The notes beneath the pieces are model-generated. The model was not told the origin of the DNA and did no database searches. It worked only from the letters and a program-made list of their open reading frames with translations. Made by a program: the position numbers and the translations under genes. From Eledone cirrhosa (taxonomy: Eukaryota), in contig OZ024741.1 in assembly GCA_964016885.1 (NCBI GenBank), positions 178,932,001 to 178,996,000 of the forward strand: a DNA stretch of 64,000 nt, in the 5' to 3' direction. Within the stretch, counting starts at the first letter, position 1, and every line of letters starts with the position of its first letter. Shown one piece after another: positions 1-13,598 of the stretch.

Positions 1-660
<660 letters not shown>

Positions 661-664
<4 letters not shown>

Positions 665-797
665 AAATTTCCGTTGGAAACAGAAAAGGTCATAGAAATG
701 AAGAGTGCTCTATGTAAGTATCAGAGCAAAATTTAATGTATAAAATCAATACAATTACCTCATTACCAGAGGTTTCTCGAATGAGGCGAATACGAAA
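661..797 (-). mobile_element. PLE-type tail cassette with only the 3' half of an HHR
   Basis: Minus strand reads cctcat-tcga-GAAA-cctctgg-TA-atgagg, then a tail containing AGAGCACTCT. The tail resembles 61231-61290 and 34151-34200. Flanked by (TA)n. Confidence 0.6.
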
Positions 798-832
798 TAT
801 ATATATATATATAAATATATAAATATTTATAA

Positions 833-898
<66 letters not shown>

Positions 899-904
899 TA
901 TATA

Positions 905-1018
<114 letters not shown>

Positions 1019-1073
1019 ATATATATATTTATATTGAATTCACAAATCAAAGCTATGTTCAAAACATTTATCC

Positions 1074-1118
1074 GCTGACAATTGTTTCTTCCAAACCTAG
1101 GCTTGGAGTCCTCGGAGC
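1074..1118 (-). ncRNA. type I hammerhead ribozyme (U4C variant)
   Basis: gct-CCGAGGA-ctccaagcctaggtttggaa-GAAA-caattg-TC-agc; palindromic helix III. Confidence 0.7.
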
Positions 1119-1258
1119 ATTTTTAATGATTGTACATATATAATTTACCTCCTACTCAACGTAAGAGATATACAGATACATATATATATATATGTATGTA
1201 CAGTGTGGAGTTGCAATTTACAGTTGAAAATTGCAAACTTGACTGTCACCACATATTA

Positions 1259-1297
1259 TGAACCTGAAGATTGCGAAAGCATGAAAGTACTTGTTCA
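1259..1297 (+). ncRNA. minimal type I hammerhead ribozyme
   Basis: tgaac-CTGAAGA-t-tgc-gaaa-gca-t-GAAA-gtac-TT-gttca; 5-bp helix I, GAAA-capped helix II, palindromic helix III. Confidence 0.85.
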
Positions 1298-1458
1298 ATT
1301 AACACTTAGAATTTAATATTCTATCATACTATTTCATTATAATACCATTATAAATTTTAAAGGATTGTAAATATAACGAGTAAATCAGACAAAGTTGGAA
1401 TTCCTCTTATTAATATAATCTCTATACACAATCATACACACCCGTGTATATATATCTA

Positions 1459-1494
<36 letters not shown>

Positions 1495-1499
<5 letters not shown>

Positions 1500-2585
1500 T
1501 AAAATAAGAGATTAAAGTTTAACCAAAGAATCGCTGCTTTCACCCTTAACGGGATCTTCTGAAACTAACCTTAGTTCCCTGGCAAAGAACGGGAAAAAAC
1601 GAATATAATACGTCATTAATAGGAGCGGTGAAAAACACTTACGCGCAAAGACACCTGCCATAGGTATACAAAACCACGCACATATAAATATGTGTGTGTA
1701 TGTGTGCGTGTATACAAATAAATAAAAATTAAATAAACGTATATAAATAAATAAATACGTATATAACAATCGCACACACATACCTACATGTAAATACACA
1801 AATGTTCGGAGACGTAAGTCAACCAAACAGGAAGTACACATATACACACACCCTACATACGTACGAACCTGCATACTCACACAGACGCAAAACTCCCGAA
1901 TACACATAACCAAACCATAACGTATTTATTTATTTATATACGTTTATTTAATTTTTATTTATTTGTATACACGCACACACACACACATATTTAAATGTGC
2001 GTTGTTTTGTATACCTATGGCAAGTGTTTTCGCGTATGCTTGTGTATGTACGTATTTGATTGCGTGTATGTATTTATTTATTTTCTATTACCTCTGTATT
2101 GTATTTTATTTACTTTATTCTTAACTCTGAAGCGGAGATTCATTCGGTTTCCTAGTCAGAATTTTAGTCTACGACTTCAGCTATACCATTTACGTGGTTT
2201 TGTCTTTGCGTGCTATTGTTCTCCACGCTCCACATATGACGTATTATCTTCGTTTTTTTCGTTCATCGCCAGAGAACGTCTCTATGCACCACCTAAGAGA
2301 ACATTAGTCTACGACTTCTTTTATACCATAAACGTGGTTCTGTCTTTACGCGTAATTGTTTTTCAGCGCTCCTATTAATGACGTATTATATTCGTTTTAT
2401 CCCGTTCTTAGCCAGCGAACGTTTCCACGAACCAAAGTATCGTCTTCCTGTCTTCCTCCTGTTGCAACGTTTTTTGAAATATCCACTTCTGCGTTTACAG
2501 ATTGACTTTGTTAGTTTCAGAAGATCCCGTTAAGGGTGAAAGCAGCGATTCTTTGCTTAAACTTTAATCTGTTATTTTAATAAAT
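1495..2585. repeat. nested inverted-repeat (fold-back) element between (TA)n tracts
   Basis: 1495-1569 is the reverse complement of 2510-2585. About 1580-1650 pairs with about 2345-2415, and about 1650-1760 with about 1920-2025. The terminal segment recurs at 29045-29215, 32036-32120 and 35930-36068. Confidence 0.85.
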
Positions 2586-2733
2586 ATATATATATATATA
2601 TATGGAAAGTTATATTTAAATTGTTGGGTTACAACGAGTAAATATTTATAACTGATATAAAAGCACTCAACAAGTATTTGGAGTATATTTACGATATTAA
2701 ATAAATGGAAATTATATTTATAAAACCATATTT

Positions 2734-2797
2734 ATTTCATTATATATATTTCAGGGATATCATATTAAAAATATGTTATGCCTTCTTCAGACAAAAT
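2734..2797 (-). ncRNA. type I hammerhead ribozyme with (UA)n helix III
   Basis: attttgt-CTGAAGA-aggcataacatatt.ttt.aatatgatatccct-GAAA-tatata-TA-atgaaat. The tail with TTGAGTGCTT (2661-2670) runs to (TA)n at about 2603. Confidence 0.8.
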
Positions 2798-3293
2798 ACA
2801 ATATAAACAGTCTTATAAATAGATAGATTCGACATACCCTTTCAACATCGACTTGCATTTGAAAAGTTGATTTGGTAGTACAAATATTATGGACAGTTGT
2901 AAAAAGAAAGAAAGAAAGAAAGAAAGAAAAACGAAGAAAAAGAAGAAATGCATGCAACTAAATAGAGAGAGATAGAAAGATAGATAGAGAAAAGAAATTC
3001 ATGTAAAGAAACAGAGAGAGATATATAGAGAGAGGAAAAAAATATAGGGAGAAAGATAGAGAGAGAGAGAGAGAGAGAAGAGAGAGATAGAGAGAGAAAA
3101 TATAGAGAGATAGATATAGATAGAGATAGAGAGAAAGAAACTAGGTAGTTGAGCACCAGTTGAATGACGTATCAATGATACATTTATTTATTTATTTATT
3201 TTTTTATTTAGCTCTAGTATTAATGTAGAGAGAGATATATGTGGTTAGGAGAGTAAACAGCCGTTATATAGAGAGAAAAAAGAAAAATAACCA

Positions 3294-3344
<51 letters not shown>

Positions 3345-3384
3345 CGTTTCTGAATTTGTTGACAACATGACCCTCCCAAAGTAT

Positions 3385-3473
<89 letters not shown>

Positions 3474-3531
3474 AATATATATATATATATAAATATATAT
3501 ATATTATATATATATATATATAATAAATATA

Positions 3532-3562
<31 letters not shown>

Positions 3563-3579
3563 AATATATATATATATAA

Positions 3580-3624
<45 letters not shown>

Positions 3625-3633
3625 AATATATAT

Positions 3634-4715
3634 ACCAGATAGAAAAATGCGTACAGCAAAAAGAAATAATATTGTTGGAATATAAACCTTTAAAAATACA
3701 GGACAAGAAACTAAAATAAAACTTTAAAAGAATAGGACAAGAAACTAAGATAAAACTTTAAAAGAATAGGACAAGAAACTAAGATAAAACTTTAAAGAAT
3801 TGCACAAGAAATAAAAAATTTTACAATAATATTAGTGGCAAAATTTTTATTGGTAAAAAATCGAGTTCCACATTCATAGGCTCTGGGTCCCACATTCAGA
3901 GGTCGTCGTCAGACCGGGGGGATCATTTGATCCTGGTTTGAACACCAATTGGGCCATAACCATACTCCTATTTCATCATTCGGCGACACGCCTCATGTGT
4001 CATGCATAATGTGAATGGACCCATGGGCCCATGAGCACAGATCTTGAGCAGCAGCGGACGATCTTGTCGTCCCGTTCATCCTTGATCTTGACCAACCCGT
4101 CCATCTTCTCATTGCATCTTGTCCTTGAGTTCAAGTCCGGCAGTCCAGATGAATGCGTGCCACTGCTTTCTAGTACAGGAGGACTGGAGGGATGACGGGA
4201 CAGAGGGAGGGAGGACCGGTGTTTAAGGAAGGTGCCGTAGTCGGTGGTCAGAGTCGACATCTTGTCCCGGTCGTCTTTTCCATCTTCGTCTGGTGTTGCG
4301 GGACCAGAAGTGCATTCTTGGAGGAGACCTGCAGCTGCATCAGCCAATTCTTCTTGCAATGGTCATTCTGACGGAGCAGAACTGCTCAGCCAACCAACCC
4401 CAACCAGAACCAACCGCTCAGGGGCCACGCAGAATGAGAGCATGACAATTATTATGCACTTATCAAGAAGATACTGGGGCATAGCACAGGAAACGAATAA
4501 AAAAATGTTTCCACTAATATTATTGTAAAATTTTTTATTTCTTGTCCAATTCTTTAAAGTTTTATCTTAGTTTCTTGTCCTATTCTTTTAAAGTGTTATC
4601 TTAGTTTCTTGTCCTATTCTTTTAAAGTTTTATTTTAGTTTCTTGTCCTGTATTGTTAAAGGTTTATATTCCAACAATATTACTTTTTTTTGCTGTACGC
4701 ATTTTTCTATCTGGT
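3634..4715. mobile_element. fold-back element with about 220-bp inverted arms containing about 32-bp internal repeats
   Basis: 3634-3851 is the reverse complement of about 4496-4715. The arms contain repeats of ggacaagaaactaagataaaactttaaaagaata. The core of about 640 bp is GC-richer. Confidence 0.8.
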
Positions 4716-5144
4716 CTACTATTTTTTAAGACAATGCAAGCAACAACTATCTAATAATTAAATGATCATAGTGAATTACTGACAAGTGATTGACATTTTA
4801 AAGTTCTTTTGAGTATAATTGCAATCTAGTTGTGGCAACTGGCTTAATGACAAAGCTACGTCATTTCTGGATTACCTCCCCTAGCGTCACGCTTACTACT
4901 CACTCACTTGAACACAAGATTTATCAGCAAACTTTGTTTATAAACTTTTTCCCGCTGGACCAAATTTCTAGATTTTTAAGCCAAAAGATGCGTAATGATC
5001 TACTGTTCATGCTCATATAAGTTTTATCTCAGTTAAATAAAGTAGAGCCGCGCTGTACTGTCGTAAACAGACGATTGCCAACGAAAACACGACCACAATA
5101 ATATTACTAAACGGACTGACGTCCGTTTAGGATATATATATATG

Positions 5145-5245
<101 letters not shown>

Positions 5246-5249
5246 CAAT

Positions 5250-5299
5250 GGCTTCTACAGGACTAGAACTGTTTCATTCGGGAGAAATCATCGGGAGCC
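5250..5299 (-). ncRNA. type I hammerhead ribozyme (U4C), left arm of palindrome
   Basis: ggctc-CCGATGA-tttctcccgaat-GAAA-cagttctagtcctg-TA-gaagcc. Confidence 0.7.
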
Positions 5300-5301
5300 T
5301 G

Positions 5302-5352
5302 GGTTTCCTGGTGATTTCTCCCGAATGAAACAGTTCTAGTCCTGTAGAAGCC
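5302..5352 (+). ncRNA. hammerhead ribozyme copy with A6G core change, right arm of palindrome
   Basis: ggtttc-CTGGTGA-tttctcccgaat-GAAA-cagttctagtcctg-TA-gaagcc. Tail with TTGAGTACCTT runs to (TA)n at about 5436. Confidence 0.65.
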
Positions 5353-5432
5353 ATTTCTATATTAAATATTTATACACTGCTTTGTATTGAGTACCTTACT
5401 TACTGTGGTTGCCTCCGATTGAACCCGGGATA

Positions 5433-5466
<34 letters not shown>

Positions 5467-5607
5467 ACTTGTATATATATATAGAAGTGGTTACACAAAG
5501 TTAGTTCACCATACCGAGAACAATTGTTTCACCTTAGTGGATCCTCAATCCCATGGACTAAGTGCTCTACCACTACGGATATTACCTTCCAGTGCTCTAC
5601 CACTATA

Positions 5608-5771
<164 letters not shown>

Positions 5772-5786
5772 TAGATCTATAAATAT

Positions 5787-5836
5787 AGCTTCCTGATGAT
5801 TTCTCACGAATGAAACAGTCTAGTCCTGTAGAAGCT
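5787..5836 (+). ncRNA. type I hammerhead ribozyme
   Basis: agcttc-CTGATGA-t-ttc-tcac-gaa-t-GAAA-cag-tctagtc-ctg-TA-gaagct; intact core, 6-bp helix I. Confidence 0.88.
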
Positions 5837-5868
5837 CTTCTATATTAAAACTTATATACTCTGATATG

Positions 5869-5948
<80 letters not shown>

Positions 5949-5970
5949 TGTGAGAGAGAGAGAGAGATGA

Positions 5971-6020
5971 GAGTCTACAGGACTAGAAGTGTTTCATTCT
6001 TTAGAAATCATCAGGAATCT
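5971..6020 (-). ncRNA. type I hammerhead ribozyme (same family as 5787)
   Basis: gattc-CTGATGA-tttctaaagaat-GAAA-cacttctagtcctg-TA-gactc. Confidence 0.7.
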
Positions 6021-6095
6021 GCTATGTATTGAGTACCTTACTTACTGTGGCTACCTCCGATTCAACCCGAGAATAACTTACCTATATATATATAC

Positions 6096-6232
<137 letters not shown>

Positions 6233-6544
6233 TTACGTTTCTACATTCGATATCTATATATATATATATATATGCATGGGCTGATTTGCAATATAAAATA
6301 GAACAATGAACATTCAATATATAATCAATATAGAAAAATATAGAAATGTTCAAACCTTACACAGGAGGCAACTTAGTCAATAAATAATACATAATTTACG
6401 AAGGACACCGAATATAAGTCACAGATTTCCATCCATGACCCACTCACTCAATGAGATAATAAGTTTGCAGTTGAAAAACTGCATCTGAAAATACAGAGTG
6501 CACACAAATAGTTAGTTAGTAAGCGTTATGGTAGTGTTTTACTA

Positions 6545-6930
6545 ATGATATAGGTAAATGTCGGAATCCAAACGCAGAAAACAACTGCCATAACAGTCGA
6601 TTGCTATAAATAATAGTTTAAGAAAATCAGATAAAATACGTTTAGAATCAAAAACACGTGACCAGCAGCCATGTTAACCCTACTAAACAGCATGTAGCTA
6701 GCGCCGCAAATAAACACATCTATAATTTATCGAAGCGTTTAGGTGATTTGAAATTGGAAAATGTGGGAATTCAAACATAGAAACTAACACAGTATCACTA
6801 AATTATAGCTTTATAAAATCGGGTAAAATACGCATAGAGACGAGAAAATGTTGCTAGAAGCTGTTACAGAAAAGCATTTGGATTCCCACATTTTCAAATT
6901 TCAAATCACCATAGCCCTCCGATAAATCGC
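6545..6930. repeat. dispersed repeat with an internal inverted repeat (probable non-autonomous DNA transposon remnant)
   Basis: About 6726-6775 pairs with about 6877-6927. The motif cggaatccaaacgcagaaaacaactg...aataatagt recurs at about 55350-55420 and about 55640-55700. Confidence 0.5.
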
Positions 6931-7837
6931 AACAGGGTGGCTATACATGGCCAGCAGCATATCCCAACGCACCTATGATTGCGAAGTATCTAATGAAATC
7001 ACATGCATAACAGAAATATATATCATGCAATAAAACAATTATGGTGAAGTAATCCCGTCTTAACTATTTTTATTTGATATATATATACATATATCTATTT
7101 TTTTTTTCAATGTATATATATTGAAGTAACACAGCTCTAAGATTATTCTTTTCGCTTCGTATAATTTTGTTACTGGTTTCCCTTATTAGATTACAACCAG
7201 TTGTTATCGATCTTTTTGAATTACTAAGTTATGATTCATAAATGAACAGTAAACATAGACACACATACATGTGCATATATATATATATATATATAATTTT
7301 ATTAAAAGTTTCCAGTTGCATTTTCAATTTCTTTTCCTTATGTAAAATATATACGCGAAGTGACTTTCGCCCAGTTTCTGTCTATCAAGTGAACAACACC
7401 CGAGACTAATATTGATGAGAAAACACTTGTCATAAGTGCCAAGCAATCTACATAATTGGCTCTTGACATTTCACTTTATTTATTGTGCATTAAGTAAAAC
7501 TATTGCAGATAAATATATATGCTGTTTCCGCATGGCTTTCTTCGGCGTACAGAAATTTAATGATGGCAATAAATCTGAAGAATTGAGGCTGGTGTAAAAA
7601 CCAAAATTGCTATCTTTAATTCAGTGTCTGTACCTCCCTATGGTCATGAATCTTTGGTAAAGACCGAAAGAATACGATCCAGCATACAAGTGGCTGAAAT
7701 GGGGGCTCCTCTGGAAGGTCTTGTGACTGACGTTACTCGATAGAGTGCGTAACTCGGAGATAAGGGAGGGAGTCGCTCCAGGTAATGTTGCTACTTCTCC
7801 GAGCCGAGAGATCATAACTCCGGTACTACGGACATGT

Positions 7838-7922
7838 AGAAGAAGAAGAAGAAGAAGAAGAAGAAGAAGAAGAAGAAGAAGAAGAAGAAGAAGAAGAAGA
7901 AGAAGAAGAAGAAGAAGAAGAA
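7838..7922. repeat. (GAA)n microsatellite
   Basis: Pure GAA tract. Confidence 0.98.
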
Positions 7923-8528
7923 CTTTCTTTTGCTTTTGCTTTTTAGAGAAAGGAGTTTCTTTGTTACGGTTTCTTTTTCCTGTTTAGTTTTTGTTGTTGT
8001 TTTCTGCTGACGGCATTTGTTGATTAATCGTTTAATATGGAGGTTTGTCGCAGAAAAACAGCCGTACAAGACAAAGAGTGTCGCAATATTTTTTTCTCTC
8101 AATGAAATGATTTAATGATCAGTAGTTATTACTTTAGTGGGTTTGCTGAAACCATCCATTTTTTTTATAATCACGTCTCGCTGATTAATTACTTTTTATT
8201 TATTTTTTACGGCGCCTTCTTTGCTTTCTTGTATAATACATGTATGTGTGTGTATATGAGTATGTTGTTTGGTTTAATCAGTTCACTGCTGGAATTAACT
8301 GGACGAATATTTGAGCCTATTTCATTTTCGTTTGGGGTTAAGTAACAGAGAGTAAAGGTGAAATGAAGCGACATGCTCAAGGAAATAAATTATCGGAGAT
8401 CGAACACATGGACTTGTGATCAGGCACTTTCTACTATAATTTGTTATGCATGTTAAATACTAACATTTATATAGTGAGCAGAGACATGTTCTCATTTTGC
8501 TATTGCAGAATATAAAATAAATCAAAAA

Positions 8529-8578
8529 CATGATCGGATATTTCCATGATCGGATATTTCCATGATCGGATATTTCCA
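8529..8578. repeat. 16-bp tandem repeat, 3 copies
   Basis: catgatcggatatttc repeated three times. Confidence 0.95.
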
Positions 8579-8923
8579 AGCAGCGAATGAAACCTCATGG
8601 GGTAGAAACATAATTTTGGTATGTTTATGTACATTTTTTCTTCTAACTTTGATTTTGTACCTAACTGTTTATGCTATGTTTATGCTATATGTCTAATCAA
8701 TTTCTACGGGCTATTAGAAATACTAAGTAAATCTTCTGTGGCTGTTGATCACGGATAAAATAGCTATCATTTATTTATCTATTGTTTCTTCATAGGTACA
8801 TTTTAAACTTATAGCCTCTTTTAATTGATTTTTTGTGTGGTTAATTATGCTGATTGGGAGGAGAAATACTGTATATATTTTATCAAATGATTCTACGGAC
8901 TTACTTTCTTATATATATATACG

Positions 8924-9002
<79 letters not shown>

Positions 9003-9011
9003 ATTTATATT

Positions 9012-9048
<37 letters not shown>

Positions 9049-9079
9049 ATATATATTTAAATATATATATATATATATT

Positions 9080-9155
<76 letters not shown>

Positions 9156-9159
<4 letters not shown>

Positions 9160-9386
9160 TAAACGGAATAGAAAATGCTGACAAATTGTTCACAGTCAAA
9201 AATAGTTTAATTAGGAATAAGTGAGAATTAGTAATTGTATTGGTTAGTATTCAGTTTTGGTTTTAAGTTTAAAACTTAAAACCAAAACTGAATACTAACC
9301 AATACAATTACTAATTCTCACTTATTCCTAATTAAACTATTTTTCACTGTGAACAATTTGTCAGCATTTTCTATTCCGTTTACCAA
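9156..9386. repeat. near-perfect palindrome with about 115-bp arms and a 1-nt spacer
   Basis: Axis at about 9271, one mismatch between arms. A single-arm homologue lies at about 16711-16825. Confidence 0.92.
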
Positions 9387-9421
9387 TATATAATAACTTG
9401 TGTGTTACACCTCTACTCTTT

Positions 9422-9482
<61 letters not shown>

Positions 9483-9586
9483 TTCAATCGGCACAGGTTG
9501 AACAAGCTGGTCCTCGGGGCTAACGATACGTACGTACCTAGTATGGCACCTTTGTAGTAACCGGCCTTAATAATTATATGTACATG

Positions 9587-9596
<10 letters not shown>

Positions 9597-9668
<72 letters not shown>

Positions 9669-9690
9669 TGTGTGTGGGTGTGTGCTTGTG

Positions 9691-9781
<91 letters not shown>
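9597..9781. repeat. (GT)n microsatellite
   Basis: GT tract with few interruptions. Confidence 0.97.
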
Positions 9782-9783
<2 letters not shown>

Positions 9784-10387
9784 TAAAGAAACAGTTAACC
9801 TTTCATCGTGATGTTATGTAAGAAATGTTTTTATCTTGCAAACCCCACTTTAATAATGAGAACGTTGTGGTAAAGAAAGATTAACATCTTTAAAAGAATC
9901 ACAATATACTTTAACAAGCAGCTCACTCCTCATCCAAATATTTATACTCTGTATTTCTGTAGCTGTGTAGTTCTGTAGATCGGTTGTTTGGTAGTTCTAT
10001 AGATTTGTAATTCTGCAGATCTGTAGTTCTCGAGTTCGGTAGTTCTGTTCCCCCTATTCGAGAGTAAATAATCTAACGTTTATTGTGATGTTTAATAAAT
10101 TACATTGTGTGAAGTCTTGTATTCATAGCGAAGTTTTCATTGTGAAAAGCTTTGCAGCTTTCTTAACATTGACAGGGATGTGAGTGTCAAACAAGTTAAT
10201 TATGTATTTGATTGTCAGGTTTAATGGATTTTAGATGCATGGAATATCTGCCAAGGGCCTGTTTTGTTTACTGGTAAAACCAAACAGACTATAGCACATA
10301 CCATTTGAATATGTAATGCGGAGACTACCAAATACGTACCTCACACTCTCTCCCTCGCTCTCTCTATTTCTCTCTTTCTCCATATAC

Positions 10388-10430
<43 letters not shown>

Positions 10431-10470
10431 CATATATGTATGCTTATATGTATATGTATACTTATATAGC

Positions 10471-10529
<59 letters not shown>

Positions 10530-10537
10530 CATAAATG

Positions 10538-10617
<80 letters not shown>

Positions 10618-10708
10618 AACATATATATATATATACATATACACATATACATATATATTTATATATATATATATACATATACACATATATATATACATTT
10701 ATATATAC

Positions 10709-10763
<55 letters not shown>

Positions 10764-10805
10764 TATGCATATACATATATATATACATATACACATATAC
10801 ATATA

Positions 10806-10843
<38 letters not shown>

Positions 10844-11439
10844 AATCTATTCAAAATCGACGCATGGGGCAATGATATTATCACTAGTGGCTTTGTAAAC
10901 CTAAGAACATTTCTTCCAAAAGCGACATACAGAGCTGCGAAAATGAAATCCGATGACATCTAAAGAACTCCTTAAAGCATTATTCTGATATTTTCTTTCT
11001 CCGTGTTCTGTTTCACTATGCTTTTAACGAGATCTTAAGCTTTTCTACGAGGCAATTCTTAAATATTTACCAATGAGTTCGTAGTAGAAAATACATCTCA
11101 GAATATTAATAAATAAGCACTGTATACAAATAATTCGGAAATCGAAACGTATCCCTCATATTCCATTTCATTCTTGAAAAATCGATGATTTTCTTGTTAT
11201 TTGAATATTTATTTTGCTCTACATTATTTTGTTTGTTGTATGTTGTTATTTCTCCCTGACTATAAACACGTTTTCTTTTTTAATAGCTTTCTTAAATTTA
11301 CCTTCTTTTATAAACATGTGATATGTGCCAATGTAGTTATTCAGGAGAGTATTTGCATTTGTGTGGATGTGTAAGTCTCGGAGAAGATTTAGGGGCGCCG
11401 TAAAGACATGGTATATGTTGGGCGTTTTTAAATTTGCTG

Positions 11440-11655
11440 GAGCCCATCCTCTTTCCAGGTCTGAACACTGTTGATTTCTTCAGAGAGAAAGAGAGAAAGA
11501 CAGGAAGAGTGAAAGATAGATACAGGTGAAGGATCGACCCCTGTCCTGGTCTTGTAATGCTTTTATCGACCTTGAAAGTATAAAAGGCAGATGTAACCTC
11601 GACGGAATTTGAACTCAAAGAGCAGAGAGCCGGAACGAATACTACAATGCAATTA
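11440..11655 (-). mobile_element. tRNA-derived SINE family A, decayed
   Basis: Reverse complement contains the B box gagttcaaattcc and the core ...tgccttt...ggtcgataaaa. Confidence 0.65.
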
Positions 11656-11940
11656 TTCAATAGAATATATTAGTTTCATAAATAATTGGCCCGACAAGCA
11701 TGTTTATAAAACTTATATCGATTCAACATGGGGGAATACACTTTGGTTCTCCGTGTATACTCAGTATTTAGAACTAAATAAATTCTTACTTTCTACCGCC
11801 ATACAGTAGTAATATTCACCTTATCTCAATTGTTATCATTTTAGAAGTGAATGTGAACATCTTAATTGTTTCTTTTCTCTTTTCTTATAAGTTTCGATAG
11901 TAGTCCTTTCAACTATTACTGGTTTCATATGCATACATAC

Positions 11941-12029
<89 letters not shown>

Positions 12030-12286
12030 GCTTGTTTATTTCCTTTCTTTGGTTTGTTTTTATCCTTCTATGTTGTTCACTGGTCCCCTTCGCTTTACGC
12101 GATTACTGGTCCCAATAACTTTTTTTAGCTTATTGCTCGCACGAATCTGAGGTATCTGATTTTTAATGCGATGAAATACCAATGATGGTTGGCAAATCAC
12201 TGACGAAGGACTATTTTTATCATATGTAAACCATGTGCAAACCACGCAGTATTCTTCTTTCTTCTCATGTTTTTTATATATATATG

Positions 12287-12375
<89 letters not shown>

Positions 12376-12495
12376 AACGGTAGCTATGATGCTTCCATAG
12401 GCGGTATGCCAGTTGAGCACTCTATGTTCTTACAGAGCAGAGTGTGATATAATATAAAACGAAAAATCAGTGATGCATCTGGACTCAGTTTATTG

Positions 12496-12585
12496 TGTGT
12501 TACAATTGTTTCGCCGGCAGATAGCTCGAGACATGATCATTGTATGGATCTGTCTGATTCTAGATCTGCGGGTTCTTCGGACACA
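12496..12585 (-). ncRNA. type I hammerhead ribozyme (U4C, extended helix II)
   Basis: tgtgt-CCGAAGA-acccgcagat...atctgccggc-GAAA-caattg-TA-acaca. Lies in the left arm (12452-12620) of an inverted repeat. Confidence 0.8.
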
Positions 12586-12718
12586 TGCAATACTTTCGGA
12601 ACAAACTTTCTCACTGGGGTACGGACAGAGATATATACATGTGTGCGTGTATGTGTCCTTGTGGATGTACGTGGACACGGAGGTAATTAGGCGCGTATTT
12701 GTTAAAATGTATATGAGC

Positions 12719-12796
<78 letters not shown>

Positions 12797-13424
12797 TGTC
12801 TGTGTATGTGTGTATATGCACCTACAAATGGTAGGGATTGTTTGTGAGTATGTTTTGTTCGTGTACATATACATATATGTATATATATATATATATATGT
12901 ATGTATATGTGTGTATGTGTGTATGTGTCTTTGGGAGCGTGTCTGTCTTTGTGCCTCTCTATAAGGACAGGCGTGTATATGTGCGTGTGTGTGTCTATGT
13001 CTGTACGTGTGCGTGCGTGTGAGAGCGGATGTACGAGGCTATATAGGCAGGCGCCTGTGGACGTGTATGTTGGTATGTATATGGTCGTGGGCGTGTGTGG
13101 ATGTGGGTGTGAGAGAGAGTGTGTATGTATATGTATGCGGGTGTATATTCGTACATATGTATGTGTACATATGTGTATGCGTATATATGTACGTGTGCGT
13201 GTGTGTGTGTGTATGTGTATATATGTGTGTGTGTATGTGTGGGTATATAAGTGTGAGTCCTTTGAGGTGTGTCGGACGGAGAGTAGCTGATGGCCAGTTT
13301 GGCAGCAAATATTGACCAGAATTTATGATGACGTAAAAAAACAACAGCCAATAGCAAGACAAGAAAGGAAGATGTTTTTTTAAGCTAACACCCCAGTGAG
13401 AAAATTTGTTCCGAAACTATTGCA

Positions 13425-13514
13425 TGTATCCGAAGAACCCGCAGATCTAGAATCAGACAGATTCATACAATGATCCTGTCTCGAGCTATCTGCCGGCGAA
13501 ACAATTGTAACACA
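13425..13514 (+). ncRNA. type I hammerhead ribozyme (U4C), right arm copy
   Basis: tgtat-CCGAAGA-acccgcagat...atctgccggc-GAAA-caattg-TA-acaca, followed by AATAAA. Arm 13390-13557 ends on (TA)n. Confidence 0.78.
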
Positions 13515-13550
13515 CAATAAACTGAGTCCAGATGCATCACTGATTTTTCG

Positions 13551-13591
<41 letters not shown>

Positions 13592-13598
<7 letters not shown>

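Noticed and set aside
3860-3915. CTGACGA on the minus strand
   Set aside because: No GAAA, helix III or helix I in a workable position.
4000-4359. 119-aa ORF as a host gene
   Set aside because: No recognisable motif or splice context, and it lies inside a fold-back repeat.
7700-8110. Possible promoter or first exon around the (GAA)n tract
   Set aside because: CpG-richer with a TGACGT motif, but the ATG at about 8037 opens only about 22 codons and there is no clear donor. Not supportable.
8529-8578. Short direct repeats as a CRISPR-like array
   Set aside because: No spacers, eukaryotic context and no cas genes.
10945-11000. CCGATGA motif
   Set aside because: No matching GAAA...UH or helices.
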